A stretch of DNA of 28,087 nucleotides from Oscillospiraceae bacterium (GCA_020024175.1 JAHHUB010000001.1:1-28087); one strand, 5' to 3'; positions 1-9,961 are shown, counted from the first letter of the stretch. Notes: generated from the letters alone by a model not told the origin. Program-made: numbers and translations.

Positions 1-77
1 ATTATCACTTTATCATAATAAAATTTAATATTATGTTGTTTTTTTAATATTTTTTTGTGTTTATACAAATTGTAATA

Positions 78-107
78 TCATTATCAAATATTCTGTTGCA
101 TATACTT
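78..107 (+). promoter_or_regulatory. Candidate mother-cell sporulation (SigE/SigK-type) promoter
   Basis: TCATTAT (78-84) - 14 nt - CATATACTT (99-107) resembles the SigE consensus TCATAtt-N14-CATAcanT and lies just upstream of a strong RBS. The region is AT-rich, so a chance match is possible. Confidence 0.35.
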
Positions 108-134
108 AACCAATAACTGTGGGAGGTGATATTT

Positions 135-365
135 TTGCATAACGGAGAGAAAAATAAAAAAATAAAAAAAGGCCCGATTGCAGATTTACCGCCTTCTCAA
201 ATTCCTGTTTTGGCTGCCGCTGTTGCAATAGCTTTAACAGAAAACAAAAGTGTCTGCGAAGTTCGAGCCATTTTAAATTTAGTAAATATGGTAGAAGATA
301 TAATTATAGGTATTCTCGCTCAAAAAAATATCTGTGATGAAAGTGTTGATGATTTTATTTTTTAA
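135..365 (+). CDS. Small hypothetical protein resembling DUF6774-type clostridial proteins
   Basis: SD GGAGGTG at 122-128 with in-frame TTG at 135 (the track's GTG at 126 lies inside the SD). Pattern LAAAVAIALTENKS..E...ILNLVNMVEDIIIGILAQK recalls DUF6774. Stop TAA at 363-365. Confidence 0.7.
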   Translation: MHNGEKNKKIKKGPIADLPPSQIPVLAAAVAIALTENKSVCEVRAILNLVNMVEDIIIGILAQKNICDESVDDFIF

Positions 366-1871
366 TTAAAAATCTTCCAAATCCAGTCGATATTTAGTTT
401 TTATATCGGATTTATCCGGTTTTTCAATTAATTTATTTAATTCACTTATATATGCTCTGGTCTGACTGTCATCAAATTTATTGTTCAGTTCCGATATTAT
501 TATTTCAGACAGATATTTTTCCGATAAACTGTATACATAATCGGAAACCTTTTTCACCACAAACAAAAGTCTTTTTTCATCACTGCTGAAATTTTCATCA
601 AGGTCAAATCTTGTTATGTGGTCAGAACTTATCAAATCTTCTTTTCCGTAGAAAAATTTATAGTTTGTTTTAATATTTAAAATAACACTTTCTGCTAAAT
701 TTTTCTTTGGCATTATAATTTCGGTTTTTTCAGACATTAAGTCAAAGGCATTGTTCCCCATATTTTCCAACTTGTCACTGAAAATAATTTTTTTAATTCC
801 ACTTTGGTTAAAAGCATTATCCCCAACTGAAACCATATCAGAAAAATCAAATTCCGAATCCAAAAAACCACATTGGAAAAACGCACTATTTCCCACTTCT
901 TCCAATCCATTTGGCAGAGTTATATCTTTTAATTTTCTGCAGCCATAAAAACAGTTTCTCGGTATGTTTTTTAAATTTCCAATCTTAATCTCCGATAAAT
1001 TTTTGCAGCCTTCAAAAGAACTCTCTCCCAATGATTCAAAAGCAGTATCCACTTCAAATTTTTTTAATTTTTCACAGCCTCTGCATGCTGCTATTCCTAT
1101 ATTTTTTATTTCGCCTTTGCATATAATTTTTTCGAGGTTTTCACAGCCGTTAAAAACATAATTATCAATAAAATTTATTTTAGATGGCAATGTTATATTT
1201 TTTAAAGAAGTACAACTTCCGAAAGCATATTTGCTTACTATCTCCAAACTTTCTGGAAGGTAAATTTCTTCAAGACCTGTGCATCTGTCAAAAGCATATT
1301 CCCCTATTTCTGTAACACCTTCCGGTATAATAATTTTCTTTAGTTTGCTGCATCCCGAAAAGGCATTTTTTCCTATTTTTTTTATTTGGTCAGGCAGTTG
1401 TATTTCTTCCAAATGTTTGCATGAATCAAACATATACTCGGGAATTTCTTTTATATATTTTGGCAGAACCACTTTTTCAAGCCATTCACAGCCTTTTAAA
1501 AGTTCTTTGCCCAATGTTTTTACACTGTTTGGAAATATGATTTCATCCAATAATCTGCAATTATAAAAAGCACGGTATTCAATGGTTTCAAGTGAGTTTG
1601 ACAACTCTATACTTTCCAAACCCACACATCCGAAAAAGGCATTATATCCTATCTTTTTAACGCTGTCTGATAAAGTTATGCTTTCTATGGAATCAATATT
1701 ATAAAACTGATTAGGCTCAATTTCCTCTGTTTTATCAGGTATAGTTATATTTACACCTCTGTTTTTGTCATATGCTTTTCTTTTTTGTTCTGTATATTCT
1801 TCCCTGCCCTGTTCTTCTTCAATATTTATTTCTTTTTTATCTTGTTTTTTCCAAAAGCTTAATAAACTCAT
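366..1871 (-). CDS. BspA-type (LRR_5) leucine-rich repeat protein
   Basis: About 14 tandem ~23-aa repeats of the form LxxIxLPxxxxxIGxxAFxGCxx. AAGGA upstream of the ATG. No obvious signal peptide or anchor. Confidence 0.92.
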   Translation of the reverse strand: MSLLSFWKKQDKKEINIEEEQGREEYTEQKRKAYDKNRGVNITIPDKTEEIEPNQFYNIDSIESITLSDSVKKIGYNAFFGCVGLESIELSNSLETIEYRAFYNCRLLDEIIFPNSVKTLGKELLKGCEWLEKVVLPKYIKEIPEYMFDSCKHLEEIQLPDQIKKIGKNAFSGCSKLKKIIIPEGVTEIGEYAFDRCTGLEEIYLPESLEIVSKYAFGSCTSLKNITLPSKINFIDNYVFNGCENLEKIICKGEIKNIGIAACRGCEKLKKFEVDTAFESLGESSFEGCKNLSEIKIGNLKNIPRNCFYGCRKLKDITLPNGLEEVGNSAFFQCGFLDSEFDFSDMVSVGDNAFNQSGIKKIIFSDKLENMGNNAFDLMSEKTEIIMPKKNLAESVILNIKTNYKFFYGKEDLISSDHITRFDLDENFSSDEKRLLFVVKKVSDYVYSLSEKYLSEIIISELNNKFDDSQTRAYISELNKLIEKPDKSDIKTKYRLDLEDF

Positions 1872-1896
1872 ATTTTCTTTTCCTTTTATAATATTA

Positions 1897-1926
1897 TCTC
1901 CCCCAAGAAAATATCCTTGAGGGAGA
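1897..1926 (-). terminator. Stem-loop between the ATPase-like gene and the LRR gene (weak terminator or mRNA-stabilising hairpin)
   Basis: Minus strand TCTCCCTCAAG-N8-CTTGGGGGAGA (11 bp with one G-U) directly after the stop at 1932. U-tract is poor (TAATATT). Confidence 0.55.
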
Positions 1927-1931
1927 ATTTT

Positions 1932-4727
1932 TTAATACTTGCGAATATTAGGTATCAGTATAACTAAAAATGCGGTTATTAACTGATAAATTGCAATAAG
2001 CTGGAAGTTTGCAATATCTGTTTTACCCATAAGAGCCAAAAATGCAACCAATCCGTAACCACCCACAATGAATACAAGCTGTAGTATTGTTCCTAAAACT
2101 ATGGCACTCTTGCCACTGATTACATCGCAAACCGATTTTATCTTAGCTGCCAAATTGCCGTTATAAACAATCTTGGCTGCAGCTTTTTCCTTATCACAGG
2201 AAATTTCGTTAAATTCCGCATGATTTTTGGAACTCATAACTGTTACCATATCCTGAGGATAATCAAAAAGTTCCTCTATTTTAGCAGAAGTTATATTGGG
2301 GTCTGTGGTATATACAGAAAGTGTAACTCCTTTTTCGGACAATTCATAAAGGCAATCCCCTATTTCATCGGAACCTTTATAGCTTATAACAAACATAGCT
2401 GTAAGTTCCCCTGAATTTGCCAGATAGAAAAGTTCCTTTCCGCCTTTTTTGAATTTATTTTCGTATTCAATGCTTGGAGGTGTCATACCATGATTTATCA
2501 TCAGATTTCTGTTTCCGATTAAAACCTTTTTGCCGCCAACCCATGCAGAAAGTCCCATTTCGTCCTCATAGATAATACTGTCTACTTTTTTAAGCAAACT
2601 CTGCTTATGCTGAATCATTTCCATAAATATATCCATTAAAATTCCGCTGGAACTGCAGGCAACACTGGCTGCATCAATAATAGCTTCATCAATTCTGGAA
2701 TTGGAGAATGTTTTTATTCCATGCATTACAATACTTCCACCGGCAAATAAATCATTTGCATCTATGGAGAGAGCATTCATTTCATCAAAATCGTCCAATG
2801 ACTGATAACCTGCTATCATAGCACCTTCTTTAGACAGTGATCTGGAAATTCTGCTAAGGGGAAGATTACTCAGCCATGTTGATGTAAGAGGAGCTCCCAT
2901 ACACATCAAAGCAGAAAATACAGTCAATGAAACCATGCTCTCTTTATCTCCGAAGAAATAGCTGACCACAGCCATTAAAACACTGAATCCCAGAAAAATC
3001 GGAATAGTGATTAAACTTATTCCATCACTGTAATCAGGTGAGTAGGAAAACTGCAAAAATCCTGTTGGAAATTTGGTTTTTGAGCTGTATACCACACAAG
3101 GTGTGTCAATATTCTGACCACGGGTAATTTCTCTTTCAAAGCTTTTGTTATTAATAATCCCCAAAGTGTATTTTTCATCATCATTGGTGAGAAAATCAAA
3201 ATTTCGTTTTATTCTGGAATACATAAATGTTTTGCCTATTAAGTTAAACAGCAAAGCCAATGAAGGCAGACAGAAATACATATTTACACCTGGCTGCAAA
3301 ACTTTTTCCGGCAAAGCCACCAGTGCCACACCCTGAAGTATAGTAGAAATTACCGCCAAAGCTGCCGCCGAATCTCCGTTAGGTTTAAGAGTAAACAAAG
3401 AAATAAGTCCTCCACCTACTACGGAATAGCAAACCAGTGTGTTTATTATTAAAAATCCAAGTGATATTCCCACAAATATCTGCATATTTTCTTCCGGAAG
3501 CATGAATGAAGGCAGCGGAAGTTTTGTGTTATTAAGGGAAATTCCCCAGTAAAGCAGCATTGCAAAAATTACAGCAGTAATAATAAGCTGAACTAAATTT
3601 GTAATCTGAGATTTCTTTAAATTATTTTTTATCTCATCAGTATCTTTGGGAGAATCAAAATCACTGAAAGTGGTTTTCTTATCATTTTCTCCATCGCCAA
3701 AAGTGAAAGCATTTTTCTTTCTCTGTTCTTCCTCAGTGCCTAAAATAGGTATACTTCTTGTAAATCCCATAGCCGCTTTTGAGCTGTCCATATTGCCCAC
3801 TTTTATATTCATCTGGGTGTTTTCTTTGTCATTTTGGTCAAAGAAATTATCTTTGAGATTTACTTTAAAAGGTGCTTTTTCCCCTGTTTTATCATTTTCA
3901 TAATTTTCAGAAACCATTGGAGTATTTACAGGAGGCTGATAAACCTCTCTTTTAGGAGGATTTTCCTCTGTTCTAGGTTTCATTTCATAATTTACAGGCT
4001 GACGAATAGGCTCATTACGGGAAGGTTCCCGTCTTTCTTCAAATTCGGAAGTATATGCAGGCTGATCATCATGTACTTCTGTTTTTTCCTCTTTCTGACC
4101 GAAAAACTTTCTTCTGTGTTTTTCCTTTAAATTGGCTGATGCTTTTGTTTCAAAAGGTTTAAAAGCCTTATCTCCGAAAGCATCTGCAATTTTAGGTGAA
4201 GATGTTTCACTCATCCCCCCCTGGAAATATTCCCTGTTGTCATCAGTGGTATATTCCTTCTCCATAAGTTCTGCAACAGAAGCCCCAATTTGGTGATTTT
4301 CAGGCATTTCCACCGGATTAATATTGTTATTTTCTTTTTTGTCAGCCATATATTTATCATAAAAGCTAAATTCCTGTTTAGGAGGCTCCGGGTTATGAAA
4401 ATCCTGTTTAGGAGGCTCCGGGTTATGAAAATCCTGATGATAAGGTGATGATTCCGGCTGACTTAAATCCCGACGATAAGCCGAAGGCTCCGGCTGCCTG
4501 AAATCCTGTTGATTAATTGGTGGTTCAGGCTGACGGCGAACAGGAGGTTCTTCTCTGTAAGGAGGGGTATATTCGCTTACCTCATGGCGAAACTCCTGGA
4601 CAGGACGCCTTATTTCAGGATTCGGCCTTGGTATTGATTGGGGTGGTATATCATCATTATGTTTTGCCTGTTTTTTTCGCTTTATTTCTTCCAATATATT
4701 ATCCACGGAATAGTTGTTTTTATCCAT
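1932..4727 (-). CDS. Membrane protein, degenerate P1B-type ATPase-like, with long disordered N-terminus
   Basis: SD GAGGTG (4735-4740) 7 nt before ATG at 4727. About 8 hydrophobic segments. Motifs KPNGDSAAALA, GAPL..LP, GAMIAG..SLD, SIDANDLF, GLSAWVGGKKVLIGN and TTDPN are collinear with P1B ATPase motifs. Confidence 0.8.
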   Translation of the reverse strand: MDKNNYSVDNILEEIKRKKQAKHNDDIPPQSIPRPNPEIRRPVQEFRHEVSEYTPPYREEPPVRRQPEPPINQQDFRQPEPSAYRRDLSQPESSPYHQDFHNPEPPKQDFHNPEPPKQEFSFYDKYMADKKENNNINPVEMPENHQIGASVAELMEKEYTTDDNREYFQGGMSETSSPKIADAFGDKAFKPFETKASANLKEKHRRKFFGQKEEKTEVHDDQPAYTSEFEERREPSRNEPIRQPVNYEMKPRTEENPPKREVYQPPVNTPMVSENYENDKTGEKAPFKVNLKDNFFDQNDKENTQMNIKVGNMDSSKAAMGFTRSIPILGTEEEQRKKNAFTFGDGENDKKTTFSDFDSPKDTDEIKNNLKKSQITNLVQLIITAVIFAMLLYWGISLNNTKLPLPSFMLPEENMQIFVGISLGFLIINTLVCYSVVGGGLISLFTLKPNGDSAAALAVISTILQGVALVALPEKVLQPGVNMYFCLPSLALLFNLIGKTFMYSRIKRNFDFLTNDDEKYTLGIINNKSFEREITRGQNIDTPCVVYSSKTKFPTGFLQFSYSPDYSDGISLITIPIFLGFSVLMAVVSYFFGDKESMVSLTVFSALMCMGAPLTSTWLSNLPLSRISRSLSKEGAMIAGYQSLDDFDEMNALSIDANDLFAGGSIVMHGIKTFSNSRIDEAIIDAASVACSSSGILMDIFMEMIQHKQSLLKKVDSIIYEDEMGLSAWVGGKKVLIGNRNLMINHGMTPPSIEYENKFKKGGKELFYLANSGELTAMFVISYKGSDEIGDCLYELSEKGVTLSVYTTDPNITSAKIEELFDYPQDMVTVMSSKNHAEFNEISCDKEKAAAKIVYNGNLAAKIKSVCDVISGKSAIVLGTILQLVFIVGGYGLVAFLALMGKTDIANFQLIAIYQLITAFLVILIPNIRKY
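4372..4436 (-). repeat. 30-bp in-frame tandem repeat (2 perfect copies plus a partial copy) encoding QDFHNPEPPK
   Basis: tcctgtttaggaggctccgggttatgaaaa at 4372-4401 and 4402-4431, then tcctg. Confidence 0.95.
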
Positions 4728-4768
4728 AATCAAACACCTCTTTCTAAATACAAAACAAATTTCCTGTT

Positions 4769-5539
4769 CTATTTAAAATTCTTGGAATTTAATTTCATTT
4801 TCTGTCTTGTTACCTCATACATCATAATTCCAGCCGCTACAGAAGCATTGAGGGAATTAATATGTCCATTCATGGGAAGTGATACTATAACATCGCATTT
4901 TTCCTTGATAAGACGGCTTATACCCTTACCTTCAGAACCTATTACCAAAGCTACTCCCCCTGAAAAATCAGTGGAACACCAGTTTTGTCCATCCATATCT
5001 GCACCATAAACCCAAATATTTTGCTTTTTAAGTTCATCTATAGTTGATGCTAAATTAGCCACTCTGGCAACAGGCATATATTCTGCGGCACCCACTGCAA
5101 TTTTTGCCACAACAGCGGTAAGACCCACTCCATGTCGCTTTGGAATAATAATACCATCAGCTCCTGCAGCTTCCGCAGTACGGATTATAGCACCTAAATT
5201 GTGAGAGTCCTCTATATTATCACATATAATTATGAACGGGTCATGTCCCTGAGCATTTTTGATGATTTCTTCAACTGTGGAATATTCATAAGCAGAAGTT
5301 ACTGCCGCTATACCCTGATGGTTTGCAAATCCTGTCATATTGTCAAGTTTTATTTCATTTACTTCTTTTACAGGTATTCCTCTGTCTTTTGCCATAGCCA
5401 CAATTTTAGTGATACTGCCTTTCAGTTCACCTTTAACTATGTATATGCTTTCTATTTCTCTGCCACTTTTGAGAAGTTCCATAACGGAATTTCTGCCGGG
5501 CACTACATCTTCCCTTAGTTTTGTTTCATTATCCATCAT
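4769..5539 (-). CDS. rlmB: 23S rRNA (guanosine-2251-2'-O)-methyltransferase RlmB (SpoU/TrmH family)
   Basis: Motifs GRNSVMELL, NHQGI, HNLGAIIRTAEAAG, VIGSEGKG, NSLNASVA. Start reassigned to ATG at 5539 (AAGGA upstream). Confidence 0.93.
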   Translation of the reverse strand: MMDNETKLREDVVPGRNSVMELLKSGREIESIYIVKGELKGSITKIVAMAKDRGIPVKEVNEIKLDNMTGFANHQGIAAVTSAYEYSTVEEIIKNAQGHDPFIIICDNIEDSHNLGAIIRTAEAAGADGIIIPKRHGVGLTAVVAKIAVGAAEYMPVARVANLASTIDELKKQNIWVYGADMDGQNWCSTDFSGGVALVIGSEGKGISRLIKEKCDVIVSLPMNGHINSLNASVAAGIMMYEVTRQKMKLNSKNFK

Positions 5540-5607
5540 ATATTTATCTTCCTTATCTGCATAAAGCTGTTTTATTTTACATACAATTATAGGTATCAAT
5601 GTTTATT

Positions 5608-5637
5608 ATTATACCAAAAAATGCGAAAAAATGTAAG
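5608..5637 (-). promoter_or_regulatory. SigA-type promoter for rlmB
   Basis: Extended -10 TGGTATAAT (TATAAT at 5608-5613) with weak -35 TTACAT/CTTACA 17-18 nt upstream. Confidence 0.6.
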
Positions 5638-5767
5638 CAGTAATTTTATTTTTAGGAATATTTTTTCTTTATTATTTTAAAATATGCTATTTGCAGATGT
5701 TTTTATATATTAAATTTTTAAAAAATTGTAAATTATTTTAATAATCAATTATATTTTATAAAAAGAC

Positions 5768-5795
5768 TTGATTTTTGGAAAATTTAGTGTAAAAT
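5768..5795 (+). promoter_or_regulatory. SigA-type promoter for groESL
   Basis: TTGATT (5768-5773) - 16 nt - TAAAAT (5790-5795), immediately upstream of CIRCE. Confidence 0.6.
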
Positions 5796-5800
5796 AATAA

Positions 5801-5827
5801 TTAGCACTCGGAGCTAATGAGTGCTAA
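5801..5827 (+). promoter_or_regulatory. CIRCE element (HrcA operator)
   Basis: Perfect TTAGCACTC-N9-GAGTGCTAA upstream of groES. Confidence 0.98.
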
Positions 5828-5857
5828 CAATAATCATATATAATATTATTTTTATAA

Positions 5858-6157
<300 letters not shown>

Positions 6158-6191
6158 TATCCGAAGAAATTCATTTAACATATAAAATTAA

Positions 6192-7838
<1,647 letters not shown>

Positions 7839-7851
7839 CAGATAAATATCT

Positions 7852-7897
7852 AAGCTCAAAAAGCTCTTTTGTCAAAGAGCTTTTTGAGCTTTGTTTT
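7852..7897 (+). terminator. Intrinsic terminator of groESL
   Basis: Perfect 18-bp inverted repeat AAGCTCAAAAAGCTCTTT-TGTC-AAAGAGCTTTTTGAGCTT followed by TGTTTT. Confidence 0.88.
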
Positions 7898-7915
7898 ATA
7901 TAAGAAAGGTTTTTT

Positions 7916-8140
7916 ATGTCCAGAAAATTATTTTGTGAAATATCTGTGTGTAAAGGCTGTTTTATACGAAATATAAAAGATTTTTTTAAAAGAGAAAAAT
8001 TTATAAAAAATGAGCAGATATTTTTCGTACAAGCAAAGTTTATCAGGAAATGAATGATAGGTATAAAATCTGGAAATATTATAAATAAACAAATTATTAA
8101 GCAAAATAATGCCAAACTTATGTATGAAATAGCCCCTTAA
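7916..8140 (+). pseudogene. Internally deleted remnant of a VanW-family protein gene
   Basis: SD AGAAAGGT + ATG at 7916. Translates MSRKLFCEISVCKGCFIRNIKDFFKREKF...*MIGIKSGNIINKQIIKQNNAKLMYEIAP*, matching the recalled N- and C-termini of clostridial VanW-like proteins, with the centre missing. Confidence 0.7.
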
Positions 8141-8185
8141 ATAATTTCACTATACCTAATTTATAAAACATTAATTTTTTAGATA

Positions 8186-8229
8186 AAATAACCCTGAAAA
8201 GCTTTTTAAATTGCTTTTCGGGGTTATTT
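8186..8229. terminator. Probably bidirectional intrinsic terminator (end of the amidohydrolase gene and the vanW remnant)
   Basis: AAATAACCCTGAAAAGC-N10-GCTTTTCGGGGTTATTT between convergent genes. Confidence 0.75.
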
Positions 8230-8259
8230 AACAATATAAATACTTTGTCAGGGTTTTTA

Positions 8260-9843
8260 TTATTTTATTTCAAATAATTTTTCACCGTTTTTGTAAGTGG
8301 CTTCAACCTTAATTCTGCGAAGTTCTTCTTTTGGTACATCAAGAGGACTTTCAGACAAAATTACCATATCAGCTTTTTTGCCTTTTTCCAAAGTACCTTT
8401 TTCATTTTCCTCACTATACTGATAAGCACCATAAATTGTAATGGCTTTTAAAGCGTCATATACTGATAAACTTTCTTCTTGATTGAGTTTAACTCCGTTT
8501 TTGGTGGTTCTGTTTACGGCACACCACAGGGTATCAATCATATCCGATGGCAAAACAGGGGTATCTTGATGGAATGTAAATGGTATTTCCAGCTTTTCTG
8601 TGGAGTTGGCAGGACTTATATTTTTTGCCCTCTCCATACCCATATTTTTTATATGAATATCACCCCAGTAATAGGTATGAGCCACAAAATATGAAGGCAT
8701 TAAGCCTTTTTCTTTTACTTCCGGCAAAACTTCACGGGGCAGGAACTGACCATGAATAATAACAGGTCTGGTATCAGTGTATTTATCAAAAGAATGTATA
8801 TACTGCAAAGCTGCCGCATCTCCGTTACAGTGACAAAGAAGCTGTCTGCCTTCACTTACAGCTTTATTGACAAAAGCTTTTACTTCCTCGTCTTTATAAA
8901 TAGGGTATCCGCTGTAATTTTCTCGACTGTCTTCAGGGGTTTTGAGATATGGTTCTCTTAGCCATGCGGTTCTTCCTTGAGGACTTCCGTCAAGAAAAAT
9001 TTTATATCCGTTTAATTTAAAATTATTTTTATATTTTCTATCAAAATCAGTATTATTTTCAAAAAGTCCATGGCTGTTTTTCATATCGGCATAACCAACC
9101 ACATCACAGATTAAATCGCCTTTTTCTGCGGAAGTTTTGAGATAATCAAAACTGTCATTGTCCAACATACCGTCCTGTATAGTGGTTATACCATAACTTA
9201 AATAAATACGCTGGGCTTTTTTCATAAGCTCCAAAGTTTTTTCTTTTGTTGGCATAGGGACATATTTTCTAAATGTCATAAAAGCATTTTCTTCCAAATA
9301 ACCGTTTAAATGGCCTTCGTTATCTCTGCCCAAAACTCCTCCCGAAATTTCCGGTGAATTATCAGTTAAATTTGCCTCTTTAAGTCCCAAACTGTTTGCC
9401 ACAGCCACATGGCCGCTGACATGACTGATAATCACAGGATTTTCAGGGAAAGCCTTATCCAAAATTTCTTTGCTTGGGTGAATTTTTTCTTTTAGACTGT
9501 TGTGGTCATAACCAAATCCCACAATCCATTCACCTTTTTGACAATTAGTTTCTTCTTTAAATTGTTTAAGTGTATTTATAATATCATCAAAAGTTTTGCT
9601 GCTGTTTAAATTTACAGAAGTCAGGGACTGGGAAAACTGTGTCAAATGGCTGTGTCCGTCTATAAATGAGGGCATTAAACATTTTCCTGCCAAATCTATT
9701 TTTTCGGCATTTTCAGATGCCTGTGTCATTACATCTTTTTCATTTCCTACAGCATAAATCAAACCATCTTTTATCAAAACAGCTTCTGCATTTTCTTTTG
9801 CCATTGTTATAATTTTACCACCATAAAATATTTTTTCTAACAT
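8260..9843 (-). CDS. Metal-dependent amidohydrolase (Amidohydro_3, YtcJ-like)
   Basis: MPSFIDGHSH, VSGHVAVANS, KIFLDGSPQGRTA, HCNGD, HQD, GTLEKGKKADMVIL. Start placed at ATG 9843 from the family N-terminus (KIFYGGKIITM); no SD is visible, so the start is uncertain. Confidence 0.9.
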   Translation of the reverse strand: MLEKIFYGGKIITMAKENAEAVLIKDGLIYAVGNEKDVMTQASENAEKIDLAGKCLMPSFIDGHSHLTQFSQSLTSVNLNSSKTFDDIINTLKQFKEETNCQKGEWIVGFGYDHNSLKEKIHPSKEILDKAFPENPVIISHVSGHVAVANSLGLKEANLTDNSPEISGGVLGRDNEGHLNGYLEENAFMTFRKYVPMPTKEKTLELMKKAQRIYLSYGITTIQDGMLDNDSFDYLKTSAEKGDLICDVVGYADMKNSHGLFENNTDFDRKYKNNFKLNGYKIFLDGSPQGRTAWLREPYLKTPEDSRENYSGYPIYKDEEVKAFVNKAVSEGRQLLCHCNGDAAALQYIHSFDKYTDTRPVIIHGQFLPREVLPEVKEKGLMPSYFVAHTYYWGDIHIKNMGMERAKNISPANSTEKLEIPFTFHQDTPVLPSDMIDTLWCAVNRTTKNGVKLNQEESLSVYDALKAITIYGAYQYSEENEKGTLEKGKKADMVILSESPLDVPKEELRRIKVEATYKNGEKLFEIK

Positions 9844-9907
9844 ATCATACAAAATTATTAGCACAATAAGTAAAAAGCACTTATAATTTATTAACACAGT
9901 TTAAATA

Positions 9908-9936
9908 ATTATATTTTCATGATAAAATTATAACAA
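9908..9936 (-). promoter_or_regulatory. SigA-type promoter(s) for the amidohydrolase gene
   Basis: TTGTTA (9931-9936) - 17 nt - TATAAT (9908-9913). A second extended -10 TGTTATAAT at 9927-9935 overlaps the -35. Confidence 0.5.
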
Positions 9937-9961
9937 CTTAACAACAACTAAACCTATAAAT

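Noticed and set aside
4372..4436. 30-bp direct repeats as a possible CRISPR array
   Set aside because: No spacers, in-frame inside a CDS, and no cas genes.
751..5564. Many short plus-strand ORFs opposite the LRR, ATPase-like and rlmB genes
   Set aside because: Antisense shadows of well-supported genes, with no SD or recognisable motifs.
5540..5599. N-terminal extension of RlmB in the ORF track
   Set aside because: TTG start lacks an SD and sits at the predicted TSS; ATG 5539 has an SD.
5640..5765. Very AT-rich spacer between the divergent rlmB and groES promoters
   Set aside because: No ORF, DnaA-box cluster or stable structure seen; consistent with ordinary upstream promoter DNA.
8051..8053. 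In-frame TGA in the vanW-like remnant as possible selenocysteine or readthrough
   Set aside because: No SECIS-like hairpin follows; the family-like sequence switches frame around this point, indicating compensating frameshifts.
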